DNA of 64,000 nt, taken from the NCBI GenBank assembly GCA_027310185.1, contig DAIDBH010000019.1, positions 32,001-96,000 of the forward strand, in the 5' to 3' direction. Both the position numbers and the translations under genes were made by a program. Source of the stretch: Thermoplasmatales archaeon. Its GTDB lineage: Archaea; Thermoplasmatota; Thermoplasmata; Thermoplasmatales; Thermoplasmataceae. Positions 1 to 10,499 of the stretch are shown piece by piece (positions within the stretch are counted from its first letter, which is position 1; each line of letters starts with the position of its first letter). Under the pieces are notes generated by a model. That model searched no databases. It was not told the origin of the DNA and was given only the letters and a program-made list of their open reading frames with translations.

Positions 1-657
1 TTTCAGTTCAGTGATAAGTTCATCAGTTGCCTTCTCTGAATTGCTTAAGACAGCAGAAATATTTTGTTCTGATACCATATCGGTCAGCCCATCTGAACTT
101 AGGAGTATCATGTCCCTATCATGAAGGTCAATAGAACCGGTAAATATTTCGGGAGTTCTGTCAACACCGATACAAGATGTGAGATAGCCCGTGAAAATCT
201 CCCTGTGAACTTCACTCAGCACCCTCAATTTTCCATCATAAAGCATTAGTTCGCTATCCCCAGAATTTGCAAAAGAAAGAGTCTTATCGTGAATAACAAA
301 AGTTGTAAGAGTGCTGGCCATATACTCTGAACTCTTCTTTTTTCGGTTCACTGAAAGTACAGAACTGTTCGCCTGAATCATGCCTTTTCTTATGGAACTT
401 ATACTTCCAGAACTAAACGCACCAGACCTTATTTCCTCTGTGATCGTTTGAATGAAGACACTTACCGACTCCCTGCTGGCAATTTCCCCATCCGGCATTC
501 CACCAACCCCATCTGCCAGTGCAGCAATAAGAAATACATTCTCATTTCTATATTCTATGGTTTGCATATCTGCACTGTCTTCATTATTACTTCTTTTTAG
601 CCCCTGGTCCGTATCCATTGAATAATGTATAGTAAGAAAGTTATTTTTGAATATCAC
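1..657 (-). CDS. PP2C/PPM-family protein phosphatase, partial (runs off window start; start GTG 657 or ATG 618)
   Basis: Not in ORF track. Manual translation gives TDQGLKRSNNEDS, LADGVGG, MASTL, NSGDS and LLSSDGLTD, the PPM motifs. Confidence 0.9.
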   Translation of the reverse strand, partial: MIFKNNFLTIHYSMDTDQGLKRSNNEDSADMQTIEYRNENVFLIAALADGVGGMPDGEIASRESVSVFIQTITEEIRSGAFSSGSISSIRKGMIQANSSVLSVNRKKKSSEYMASTLTTFVIHDKTLSFANSGDSELMLYDGKLRVLSEVHREIFTGYLTSCIGVDRTPEIFTGSIDLHDRDMILLSSDGLTDMVSEQNISAVLSNSEKATDELITELK

Positions 658-689
658 TTAAAAATAATTGTGATATGACTAATATATTT

Positions 690-3311
690 TTACTGTTTTT
701 CTCTATTTCCATGAAAGATGGATAGCATTGAAGGAAAGTAAAACGTTCTTATTACGAATGTATCTATTATGAGTGAGATAACAAATGCAAGTCCAAGCTC
801 CTCCAGGAATGCAACTGGAATAAAAGCCAGTGAGCCAAGAGAAATAGCAAGTATCAATCCCAGTGAAGTAACAGTCTTTGCACTTCCTACCATCCCTTTC
901 CTCAAGCCCTCCTCAAAATCTTCTTTCTGCACCTCTTCTATGATCCTTGAAGTAATGAAAACAGTGTAGTCGTTACCAAGGCTGAAGAGAATTATGAACA
1001 GGATTATTGGAATCAGATATATCAGCTGGATATGAAGCACGTAGTTTGATAAAAGGTATAGAATGAATGTACTCCAGGATATACTGAAGAATGTTCCAGT
1101 TATTGAGATTACTGGATATCTCAATTTCCTGAAAGATGCCAGTAGAATGAGGAAAATCGCAATGATTATGAATATCTCAAGTTCGCTATATGTTCTTATA
1201 TTGGAAGCCTGCTGATCAATTACTGAGGAAGTGATTCCACCCACAATGAAAGAATCGTTAGCCCTCATAGAACTTACAGTAGATATGGATTCCTTTGAAT
1301 ATGGGGAGCTGCTTAAGGAGACTATGAAGAGGTAGTATCTTCCATTATCGATTGTAAATGCACTGGGAGATGAAAAATTTGTAATCTTCATTCCACTTAC
1401 ATAAGGGCCTTCTACCGAGGACACTCCAGTATACGACAAAATTCTTTTAGCTGTGTTCTCCAGAATGCCAATCTGGCTGTGAGTAAGATTTTCACCGTTG
1501 AAATTACTCTTGTAAACAATGTACGTTGGGAATATGACTCCATCTCCAAAGTTGTCTTCAATCTCATTCAATCCATGAACAGAACTGAGTGACTGGGGAA
1601 GTCCAGTGTTAAAATTGTAGGTAGTAGGAGCTGTAAAGAAGAAGTATCCTCCTGCGGCTCCCAGAATTATAATGACTGCAGCCACCGCAAACTTCTTGCT
1701 CGATGAGAAGGAAGTGGTCTTGTAGAATATAGATTTTCTGTGATGGTTTTCTCCCTGTGGTTTAGAACCTATCTTCATTATAAGCCTCTTTGATAGAAGC
1801 TTCATTGCTACTGGCAGCAATGTTGTCTGAAGAATTACTGTGAAAATTATTGCCTGGAAGAGAACAATCCCCCAGTCAAAGAATGATGGGACAAGGGAAA
1901 AGGTCAGTAGTGTAACGGCTACTGTTATTCCACTTATAATTACTGCCTTTCCAGCCCTGTTAATAGCGATCTCAAGTGATTCCTCATAGCTCTTCCCCGA
2001 TCTCAATTCCTGCCTGTATCTTGCTATTAGAAATACAAGGTAATCTGTTGAAACTCCAAGTATAACTGCGGTCAATGTGTAATTTACAATGAAACTTACA
2101 TTACCAATTAGAAAACCAGTGATGTAAACTGAAACATAGCCCAGTAATAATGAAATACCTACAAATATTAACCCAAGAATAGAGGCCCAGTATGAAACCA
2201 GGGTTATGAAGACTGCAATCAGCAGGAATATGAAAATAAGACCAAAGGCAAATCCTGATTTGGCTGTTACCTGTGAAGTCTGATAAGCAATAGCCCCGTT
2301 ACCTGTCACTATTGCATTGTTTCCAAAAACCTGATCTGTGTACGAATTCAATCTGGGATAGAATTCCTGAGCAGGTGATGAACCATTCTTATATTCGAAC
2401 CCTGAAGGTGCGGTAAATTCAATTGATACAATGAAAATTTTATGATTTGGGCTCACTGTCTGGTTGATCAGAGAACCAGGAGCACTGAGTAATGCAAAAC
2501 TGGTAACATATCCGTTTCCCGGGTTACTGTAATTTATTGCTGAGTATACCAGATTCCATGAAATATTGAACCCGCTTGAATTGGAAATATAATTTGCAGT
2601 GGCTCTGCTCAATGAAGTTGAATTATCAAAACTTAGAAAATTAACATCCTGCAGTATGTAAGTTGTAATTGGTAATGTGCTGAAGGATGAGTTTCTTGCG
2701 TCCTCTACTATGGCATGAAATACTGTCTCCTTACCATTTCCCGCAAATTCTGCATATGAAGATTTAACATCTGAAACAAAGGTACTTTCATAGTTTGATC
2801 CATTATATCCACTCAAATTCACTGCCTGCTGTATTTCGCTCTCCTTGAAATCTAACGCATTCCAATTAATAAAGAAGTCATAAGAAAATCCGTAAATCTT
2901 AGAACTGTTATTTTTTACATTTAAATAATTGGCCTTTATCTGGCTACCGTAACTCTTAAGCGTTGTGTTGTCGATATAATCAGAATAGTTTGTAAATGGG
3001 TTGGTTGTTTTGTATACACTCTTATCAGCATTTCTGATCATGTAATTTAAGCGAAAAGTCTCTCTTGCAAGTGTATAATTAGACATTGGATTTCCATTTA
3101 CCACTATGGTTAGGGATTGGTGTGTTGTCTCAAGCTGGGAAACTAGCTCCTGAGCCTGGTTAGACTCAGAATTGCTGCTGGTTGTAGTTGAACTGGCGTA
3201 GTTTAGGTAGGAACTGTAATGTAAGACCGCAGGTATGGCTAGTAGAAGGACTACGACCCATACAATGATCACTACATTCCTCTTTGAAAGCAGGCTTTTT
3301 GCATTTAACAC
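690..3311 (-). CDS. MMPL/RND-family transporter
   Basis: 873 aa with two TM bundles, GVSTDYLVFLIARYRQE and SLGNDYTVFITSRIIEE motifs, and a large N-x-S/T-rich external domain. Confidence 0.9.
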   Translation of the reverse strand: MLNAKSLLSKRNVVIIVWVVVLLLAIPAVLHYSSYLNYASSTTTSSNSESNQAQELVSQLETTHQSLTIVVNGNPMSNYTLARETFRLNYMIRNADKSVYKTTNPFTNYSDYIDNTTLKSYGSQIKANYLNVKNNSSKIYGFSYDFFINWNALDFKESEIQQAVNLSGYNGSNYESTFVSDVKSSYAEFAGNGKETVFHAIVEDARNSSFSTLPITTYILQDVNFLSFDNSTSLSRATANYISNSSGFNISWNLVYSAINYSNPGNGYVTSFALLSAPGSLINQTVSPNHKIFIVSIEFTAPSGFEYKNGSSPAQEFYPRLNSYTDQVFGNNAIVTGNGAIAYQTSQVTAKSGFAFGLIFIFLLIAVFITLVSYWASILGLIFVGISLLLGYVSVYITGFLIGNVSFIVNYTLTAVILGVSTDYLVFLIARYRQELRSGKSYEESLEIAINRAGKAVIISGITVAVTLLTFSLVPSFFDWGIVLFQAIIFTVILQTTLLPVAMKLLSKRLIMKIGSKPQGENHHRKSIFYKTTSFSSSKKFAVAAVIIILGAAGGYFFFTAPTTYNFNTGLPQSLSSVHGLNEIEDNFGDGVIFPTYIVYKSNFNGENLTHSQIGILENTAKRILSYTGVSSVEGPYVSGMKITNFSSPSAFTIDNGRYYLFIVSLSSSPYSKESISTVSSMRANDSFIVGGITSSVIDQQASNIRTYSELEIFIIIAIFLILLASFRKLRYPVISITGTFFSISWSTFILYLLSNYVLHIQLIYLIPIILFIILFSLGNDYTVFITSRIIEEVQKEDFEEGLRKGMVGSAKTVTSLGLILAISLGSLAFIPVAFLEELGLAFVISLIIDTFVIRTFYFPSMLSIFHGNREKQ

Positions 3312-3472
3312 ATGAATTAATTGTTTATATATAATTGAAAATTTGTTAAATTTTTCTTCACATATTACTTATTGCTTTTATATACTAATCGTACGATGAG
3401 GATAGTGTTTATTCACTGAAAAAAATTAATTAACGTCAATTTTTAATAATAGTTAGAATTACTTGAATAATC

Positions 3473-4249
3473 ATGGATACAGTAGATAAAAAAATCCTGT
3501 TCAGCTTACTGAAAGATGGTAGAACCCCACAAAGGCAGATAGCCAAGGAAATAGGTATCTCAGCACAAACCTTGAACTACAGAATGACGAAAATGATAGA
3601 AGATGGTATAATTGTAAACTTTATAGTACACATAAATTCCAGGATACTGGGAAAGGTAGAAGCATTTGCAGCTTACATTTCAGATAAGGAGATAGAAGAA
3701 GGTTATTTTACAAGACTGAAATGTCTGGAAAAGATCACTCTTTACGGATTTGATGGAGAAACCGCTGAGGAAGTAGATAAGAAAATTGAAGATGCGTCAT
3801 TGAAACTAGGCCAGCCTGTGATGAAGTACAGGCCGGAAATCAATTCTTATTCAGGAAATTCGAAGAACATAGATTTCCAGATTATTGACCAGCTAAAGAA
3901 AACACCAAGAGCAAAAATATCTGAAATTGCCAAGGCTCTGGATATGCCCGTGATACGGATAAAGAGAAGGTATAACTTCCTGAGAAAAAGTCATCTTGTG
4001 GCCGTAATGGCGAAAATTGACCTTTCTAAGACAGATGTTGTCATCTTCAGCATTTTCAGTACTGATCAGGAAAAGATTGAGTCTATACTGGAAGATGCAA
4101 CAATATTCAAGATAACAGATAACAAGACCGGGGTATTCATATGTTTTGCGGAAAACATGGTCAGCGCAAGGACACTGATCAACAGTTCAAGGGAAGCCGA
4201 GAAAAGCAGTGAAGTCATGGTTATATATGACTATGAATTCATTCATTAG
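3473..4249 (+). CDS. Lrp/AsnC-family regulator with two HTH domains
   Basis: MDTVDKKILFSLLKDGRTPQRQIAKEIG and a second IDFQIIDQLKKTPRAKISEIAKAL HTH. Confidence 0.85.
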   Translation: MDTVDKKILFSLLKDGRTPQRQIAKEIGISAQTLNYRMTKMIEDGIIVNFIVHINSRILGKVEAFAAYISDKEIEEGYFTRLKCLEKITLYGFDGETAEEVDKKIEDASLKLGQPVMKYRPEINSYSGNSKNIDFQIIDQLKKTPRAKISEIAKALDMPVIRIKRRYNFLRKSHLVAVMAKIDLSKTDVVIFSIFSTDQEKIESILEDATIFKITDNKTGVFICFAENMVSARTLINSSREAEKSSEVMVIYDYEFIH

Positions 4250-4320
4250 GTAATACTGAATTACATAAATAACACGACCAATTGAACAGAATGAGTTTGG
4301 AAAATCAATAAAAGTTAATT

Positions 4321-5493
4321 ATGGAATTGCCATTAAACTTTGTGTTATCAAAGAGAGTAAATAACGTCTCTGAATCTGCTACGGTCTCCACGTCTGCTAA
4401 GGCTGCGAAGATGACCGCCGAAGGAAGAAAAATTATAAACTTTGGAGTGGGAGAGCCAGACTTTACAACACCTGCTGGTGAAATAAACTATGCATTTGAG
4501 AAGGCCAAAGAAGGATTCACACACTACACACCATCAAAGGGATATGTGGAATTGAGAACCAAGATCGCTAAAAAGATCAATAATAACATCCACAATCTGA
4601 ACTCTGAAAACATAATTGTAACACCAACAAAATTTGCCATTAACCTTGCAATCATGGCAATCGCAGATGAGGGGGATGAAATAATAATTCCAGAACCATA
4701 TTTTCTCTCATATCCTGAAATCTGCAGGATTTACGGGGTAAAACCAGTCGAGGTACCGTCCAATGATGATTTTTCCCTTGATCTTGAGGGCATAGAAAAT
4801 TCTATTACACCAAGGACAAAGGGCATAATCATATCCAATCCTGCAAATCCAACAGGTAAGGTTTTTTCAACAGAGGAAATCAAGGCACTACAGAAGCTAT
4901 GCATCGATGAAGGAATATATTTTATTCAGGATCAGATTTATGAAGAACTTGTTTTCGAGGGGAAAATTCAGGATATAATTGAGATGGATCAGGAAATGAA
5001 GCATACCATACTAATAAGCGGCTTCTCTAAAAGTTATGCCATGACAGGATGGAGGATAGGATATCTCGCTTCATCCAGAGAATTTATAAGTGCGGTAGAC
5101 AAGCTTCAGCAACAGACCATAACATGTGCACCTTCGATTTCTCAAATGGCGGCCATATATGCAATGGATGATGAAGAGAGTCCTAAAGCAATGAAGGAGG
5201 TGTTCAGGAAAAGAAGGGAACTTGTTTGTAACCTGATAAGTGAAATTAAAGGTCTGAATCTCATAAAGCCAGAAGGGGCATTTTATGTTTTTCCATCATA
5301 CGACCTCAATATATCATCAGTTGAATTCTGCAAGCAGATTCTTGATTCAAAGGGTCTTCTGCTTACTCCAGGTTCAGCATTTGGTAAACAGGGGGAAGGT
5401 CATTTCAGAATTTCCTATGCGCTATCTGAGGATAAATTGAAGGAAGGGATCGCACTCTTGGCGAGTTTCATGGATGAGCAGAGCAGGATTTAA
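4321..5493 (+). CDS. PLP-dependent class I aminotransferase (aspartate aminotransferase-like)
   Basis: GEPDF, NPANPTG and SGFSKSYAMTGWRIG motifs. Confidence 0.93.
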   Translation: MELPLNFVLSKRVNNVSESATVSTSAKAAKMTAEGRKIINFGVGEPDFTTPAGEINYAFEKAKEGFTHYTPSKGYVELRTKIAKKINNNIHNLNSENIIVTPTKFAINLAIMAIADEGDEIIIPEPYFLSYPEICRIYGVKPVEVPSNDDFSLDLEGIENSITPRTKGIIISNPANPTGKVFSTEEIKALQKLCIDEGIYFIQDQIYEELVFEGKIQDIIEMDQEMKHTILISGFSKSYAMTGWRIGYLASSREFISAVDKLQQQTITCAPSISQMAAIYAMDDEESPKAMKEVFRKRRELVCNLISEIKGLNLIKPEGAFYVFPSYDLNISSVEFCKQILDSKGLLLTPGSAFGKQGEGHFRISYALSEDKLKEGIALLASFMDEQSRI

Positions 5494-6477
5494 ATGGGTT
5501 TAAGCTTCTTGATTGTTCCAGTTCTAATCACAGTTCTCGTGATTGCCGGAATCAGTTTAATTCTGACATTCTTTAATTTCAGGGCAATCCGCCTTTTCAG
5601 TAGAAAATATGAAGAGGACATTGAAAACTACAAAACATCTATCAATGAGTACGAGGAAGATTTTACAGTTTCTCCAGATGAAGAGATGGAGGAAGATGAG
5701 GAAATTGAGAAGGAACATACCCGGGAAGAGGTAAAACTGGAGATAGATAAGGACATGGAGAGACTTACAAACGAGATCAGAAAGAATGAGTTGCTGATGG
5801 AGAAAATGGAAAAACATTATTCAACACTGAGAAAGGTTTCTAAGGACATGATGGAAAGCATCATTCCACCGACAAAATTTCAGTCTCTTTCGGAGACTTA
5901 TGCACCGATCCCACTGATTGATGAAAAGCCATTGTGGAATGATCTTGTGAGAAATCATATACCATCAGAGCAGGGAAACCTCTATGAGATGTGGGGTAAA
6001 TATGTTGAACTCACAGGAGAATATTCACATCAGAAGATAGAGTCAATAAAGGGAATCCTGGAGAAAATTTTTGGCAGGACAGAATATAGAAAATTAGATA
6101 GATCTGATAATGCAGTCAATGGGGATACATACTATACGGTAAAACCAGTGCTTCATATCCTGAACAACCTGTTCTTCGATGAACCGGAAATTCAATTTCA
6201 GATAGAGGACGGAAAAAAGGAGAAGAAACTGGGAAGATCATCATCTCTTCTGATTAACAATGAGGAATTCATACATGGAAAGACATCAGAAGTGATGGCA
6301 TTTCAGTCCATGTTCAGGGAAATTCTTGACACAAAGAACTATTCTATATGCAGGGAAACACAGAGACAGAAGGAATTGAAAAGTGAAATAGAAAACATTA
6401 TTAAAAGCATAAGGAAATTATTAAACTGGTTCATATTTGAAGAAGATAACATGATACAGTGTAAGATGCTGGAGTGA
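5494..6477 (+). CDS. Hypothetical membrane-anchored acidic/coiled-coil protein
   Basis: N-terminal hydrophobic helix and E/D-rich stretch. Abuts both neighbours. Confidence 0.75.
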   Translation: MGLSFLIVPVLITVLVIAGISLILTFFNFRAIRLFSRKYEEDIENYKTSINEYEEDFTVSPDEEMEEDEEIEKEHTREEVKLEIDKDMERLTNEIRKNELLMEKMEKHYSTLRKVSKDMMESIIPPTKFQSLSETYAPIPLIDEKPLWNDLVRNHIPSEQGNLYEMWGKYVELTGEYSHQKIESIKGILEKIFGRTEYRKLDRSDNAVNGDTYYTVKPVLHILNNLFFDEPEIQFQIEDGKKEKKLGRSSSLLINNEEFIHGKTSEVMAFQSMFREILDTKNYSICRETQRQKELKSEIENIIKSIRKLLNWFIFEEDNMIQCKMLE

Positions 6478-6998
6478 ATAAAATGTCAAGGGCATTTATA
6501 GTTGGAAGATTTCAGCCATTTCATCTTGGCCATCTGGAAGTTATACAGGAAATTCTCAAGGAGCACGAGTCTGTGATTATTGGAATAGGGAGCGCCCAGT
6601 ATTCTCATACCCTCCAGAATCCATTCACTGCTGGAGAAAGGCATCTGATGATCTCGAATACGCTGGAAAGCAGGAAGATATTCAATTTCTACATAATTCC
6701 GATTGAGGACGTAAACTCCAACCCACTCTGGGTAGCTCATGTGGAATCTCTTACTCCACGTTTCTCAAGCGTTTACACAAATAACCCACTGGTCAAAAGA
6801 CTCTTCTACGAGAAAAAATATAATGTGAAATCAATGGAACTCATAAACAGGGTGGAGTGGTCAGGTACCAGAATAAGAGACAGGATGATAAGGGGGGAAA
6901 ACTGGGAAAGAGATGTACCAGAAACTGTCTCAGAAATAATTAGGGAAATTGATGGTGTTGGAAGATTGAGGGCACTCTCAGAATCAGATGATCTATAA
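6474..6998 (+). CDS. nadM: Nicotinamide-nucleotide adenylyltransferase (likely start ATG 6483)
   Basis: GRFQPFHLGH, GSAQYSHTLQNPFTAGER and SGTRIR motifs. Confidence 0.93.
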   Translation: MNKMSRAFIVGRFQPFHLGHLEVIQEILKEHESVIIGIGSAQYSHTLQNPFTAGERHLMISNTLESRKIFNFYIIPIEDVNSNPLWVAHVESLTPRFSSVYTNNPLVKRLFYEKKYNVKSMELINRVEWSGTRIRDRMIRGENWERDVPETVSEIIREIDGVGRLRALSESDDL

Positions 6999-7012
6999 TC
7001 TTAAAGAAAAGA

Positions 7013-8212
7013 TCAATCAGAATAAACCATTTTTTCAATGGTTTCCCTATCCTGCAGTATCTGGTCAATTATGACATATTCATCCACCTGATGTGCAACA
7101 TCAGGAACTGTAGTGCTCCATACAACTGCTTCATATCCCAGTCTTCTGAAGAAAGCAGCGCATGTACCGCCTCCAATTCCAACAACCTTTGGTTCCCCTC
7201 CTCTGCTGGATAACGCCTTCACGAGTCTTGTGACAACCTCTGAATCCTTTGAGGTGGGCACAGGTGCCTGTTCTCTCTGTACAAACTCCATTTTAATTTT
7301 AGACTTATGTGTTCTTTCAAACTCGGAAATCTCCCTTGAAATGTCATCTACCACGCTATCCACATCGTAACTGGGCAATATCCTGCAATCCATGTAGAAT
7401 ACTTCCTTACCTGGAATGGTGTTTATGTTGTCCACGTTTTTCTCATGCTTCGTTGGCTCAAATGTGGAATAGGGGAAGTTGAAAGTATCATCTTTGCTGG
7501 TATACTTTGAGTGAAGCATCTTATCAATTGACAGCATGAATTCCATTCCATCTCTTGCAGCGCTGATTGCATTGCTTGGCATACTTGCATGGTATTGTCT
7601 ACCATTAACTGTAAATTTAATCCACACAATACTTTTCTCTGCTATCTCGAGTTCCATCCCGTCCATGGAACCTGCATCAGGCACAATTATCAGGTCGTCT
7701 TTCTTGAAAATGTTCTTGTCAAGGAGGTACTGGATGCCATACACACTCCCAACCTCCTCATCTGCAACAAATGCAAGACCTAGATTCATTTTTAATTTGG
7801 ATCTGTCGAGTCTTTTCAGGAGTAGGAGCGAAAGAAACACCGCCTGACCATCATCAGAGGTGCCACGGCCATAGATTCTGTTACCCTCCACAGTTGCCTG
7901 AAATGGTGCTCTTGTCCACAGGTTTGGATCACCATCAGGTACTGTATCTATATGGGATACAAGCCAGAGGGTACGATCAAAATTTCCCACTTTCTCTATT
8001 ATGCTGGATCTCTTGAATCCTGCCTTGTCCTCAACATCATATCTTACTGAATCCTCGTATCCCAGTTCCTTCAGGATGCTGACAAGAAGATCCGCCCTCT
8101 CAGATTCCCCCTGGCCACCAGAAGCCGGGCTAATAGATTTCACTGGAATAATCCTCTTTGCAAGTTCAATTATAAACTCCTTTTCATCCGTTATATCTTT
8201 TAAGCTCATCAT
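7013..8212 (-). CDS. M20-family metallopeptidase (DapE/ArgE-like)
   Basis: SHIDTVP, GRGTSDD, DEEVGS and AHQVDE motifs. Confidence 0.9.
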   Translation of the reverse strand: MMSLKDITDEKEFIIELAKRIIPVKSISPASGGQGESERADLLVSILKELGYEDSVRYDVEDKAGFKRSSIIEKVGNFDRTLWLVSHIDTVPDGDPNLWTRAPFQATVEGNRIYGRGTSDDGQAVFLSLLLLKRLDRSKLKMNLGLAFVADEEVGSVYGIQYLLDKNIFKKDDLIIVPDAGSMDGMELEIAEKSIVWIKFTVNGRQYHASMPSNAISAARDGMEFMLSIDKMLHSKYTSKDDTFNFPYSTFEPTKHEKNVDNINTIPGKEVFYMDCRILPSYDVDSVVDDISREISEFERTHKSKIKMEFVQREQAPVPTSKDSEVVTRLVKALSSRGGEPKVVGIGGGTCAAFFRRLGYEAVVWSTTVPDVAHQVDEYVIIDQILQDRETIEKMVYSD

Positions 8213-8455
8213 CTCTGATTGTTGTTCTATTAATAAACAATTACCTCATTTAATTCCTCATTGTGTCCCATGATTAACCGGTAAAGTAATCCATGTAGCA
8301 TGATCCTGTTATTTCCGGTGTAACCGGGGAAATATTGAAGTGACATTGTTTGATAACAGTTGTTTCTAAAGTCATGAGGATATACTTTATTTATAACGAC
8401 TAAGGATATAAGTCACTTGCAATAGTTAAATAATGACGAATTTATTTACAAGGGA

Positions 8456-9841
8456 ATGGAGCATAAAAAGGAAGATTTTAGTGAATGGTATAATGAAATA
8501 ATAGACATTTCCCAGCTTACAGATAAGAGGTACCCAGTTAAGGGGATGAATGTCTGGATGCCCTATGGATACAGCCTGATGAAAAACACGGATGAAATGA
8601 TCAGGAACAAGTTCTACGAAGATGAATATGAGGAGGTGATGTTTCCTTCATTGATCTCAAGGCCAATGTTTGAAATTGAATTTGAGCACATTAAAGGCTT
8701 TGAAAAAGAGCTGTTCTGGATAACAAAGGGTGGAAGAGAATCCCTTGAAGAAGACCTTGCTATGAGGCCAACCAGTGAAGCTGCAATTTACCCAATGTTG
8801 AAATTATGGATAAGAGATCATGGCGATCTACCAAAGAGAATCTTTCAGATTGTCCAGGTGTACCGTTATGAAACAAAACATACACGACCATTCATAAGAT
8901 CAAGGGATATCCACTTTATAGAATGCCACACTGCCCACGAGACTTATGACGATTCAGAGGAACAGATGGACCTGTACAGGAGGGAATGGGATTATTTTAC
9001 GAAAAAGCTCTGTCTACCCTATATGGAAGTAAGAAGACCGGAGTGGGATAAGTTCCCCGGTGCTGTTTACACCATAGCATTTGATACGCTTATGCCATCT
9101 GGCAGGACTCTTCAGATCGGGACAATTCACGAATATGGCAGTAATTTTTCAAAGAATTATGACGTGAAATTTGCAAAGGAAGATGGAAGCAGTCAATATG
9201 TTAACCAAACCACATTCGGTATGAGTGAAAGATTAATAGCAGCCATAGTTGGAATCCATGGAGATGACAAGGGCCTGATTCTCCCTCCGTTTGTTGCCCC
9301 AACGCAGGTAGTCATAGTTCCAATCTCATCTGCGGATTCCAGGCTTGAATCCTTTGTACACGAAATAGAGTCAAAAGTTAAGGCCAGTGGGTTCAGGGTG
9401 ATTGTTGATGATAATGATAACTATACACCTGGTTACAAATTTAACCAGTGGGAAATGAAGGGGGTGCCTCTGAGGATAGAAATAGGCAAAAGAGAGGCTG
9501 AATCAAATACAATTACTGTGTCCCTGAGAACAAGGAAGGGAAGGGTAAAGTTGAACAAAGATGATACGGCAGAGCTTCAAAATTTGCTGGATGAGGTAGA
9601 AAATGATCTGCTTAATAATGCCAGGAAGATACTTATGAATGGGATTGATGGAATTCCAAATAGTGGACAGGAGTCTAACATAAAGACATTTATCATCTGT
9701 GATAGTGAGAAATGCGCAAGATCGATAGAGGCAAGAACCGAGCTTGACATGATGGGACACATCCTGAATTACGGGTCTAAAGGTAGATGTGAGGTTTGTG
9801 GAAATGAAGGGAGAACTGCCCTCTTCTCTAGACCATACTGA
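8456..9841 (+). CDS. proS: Prolyl-tRNA synthetase (archaeal type)
   Basis: DFSEWYN, RPTSEA, YRYETKHTRPFIR, GVPLRIEIG, C-terminal Cys cluster and terminal Tyr. Confidence 0.97.
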   Translation: MEHKKEDFSEWYNEIIDISQLTDKRYPVKGMNVWMPYGYSLMKNTDEMIRNKFYEDEYEEVMFPSLISRPMFEIEFEHIKGFEKELFWITKGGRESLEEDLAMRPTSEAAIYPMLKLWIRDHGDLPKRIFQIVQVYRYETKHTRPFIRSRDIHFIECHTAHETYDDSEEQMDLYRREWDYFTKKLCLPYMEVRRPEWDKFPGAVYTIAFDTLMPSGRTLQIGTIHEYGSNFSKNYDVKFAKEDGSSQYVNQTTFGMSERLIAAIVGIHGDDKGLILPPFVAPTQVVIVPISSADSRLESFVHEIESKVKASGFRVIVDDNDNYTPGYKFNQWEMKGVPLRIEIGKREAESNTITVSLRTRKGRVKLNKDDTAELQNLLDEVENDLLNNARKILMNGIDGIPNSGQESNIKTFIICDSEKCARSIEARTELDMMGHILNYGSKGRCEVCGNEGRTALFSRPY

Positions 9842-10499
9842 GCACAAGCCAATTGTGTTCTTTGACATGGATGGGGTGCTCACCACAGAGAAGAGCAGCT
9901 GGAACTATGTTCATTCAAGACTGGGAGTTGATAACAACCTCAATTATTCACTTTTCAGGGCAGGAAAGATAGATTATCATGAATTTATGAGGCGTGATGT
10001 TAACCTGTGGATCCAGGAAATGGGTGAGGTACAGGTAAGCCAGATAAGGGAAATCCTTAATGAAATTGAACTGTTTCCAGGAGCAGTGGAAGCAACCGGA
10101 ACACTTGCTGCTGAGGGATTTCATCTTGTAATAGTATCAGGTGGATTGATGTGGCTGGCGGAAAGGGTCGGAAGACTTACGGGAATAAGTGATATTTATG
10201 CAAATATAATTCTATCACTGGGTGGAAAGGTACTGCCTGATGGGAAAGCTGTGGTGGACCCAAAAAGGAAGGATATAGTAGTAAACAGTGTTATAAGCAC
10301 TTATAAGCCTGAATATTCCATTTCAGTTGGGGATTCTCCAGATGATGAAAAGATGTTTATGGTCACCGACTATTCCATAAGCATGAACAATGAGCCGGGG
10401 TTCATAAATACCATGGGTTTTGACCTCAAAACTGATAACCTGAAGTCATGTGCTGATCTCATTCTGGGGATCAGGGATCAGAGAAATGAAATCACCTGA
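9789..10499 (+). CDS. HAD-superfamily phosphatase, phosphoserine phosphatase-like (likely start ATG 9804)
   Basis: FDMDGVL, VSGG and GDSPDD motifs. Confidence 0.85.
   Translation: MRFVEMKGELPSSLDHTEHKPIVFFDMDGVLTTEKSSWNYVHSRLGVDNNLNYSLFRAGKIDYHEFMRRDVNLWIQEMGEVQVSQIREILNEIELFPGAVEATGTLAAEGFHLVIVSGGLMWLAERVGRLTGISDIYANIILSLGGKVLPDGKAVVDPKRKDIVVNSVISTYKPEYSISVGDSPDDEKMFMVTDYSISMNNEPGFINTMGFDLKTDNLKSCADLILGIRDQRNEIT

Noticed and set aside
8213-8455. Possible ncRNA or tRNA in the spacer (TTCCGG...CCGGGGAA hairpin)
   Set aside because: No cloverleaf or box motifs. It is a single short imperfect stem.
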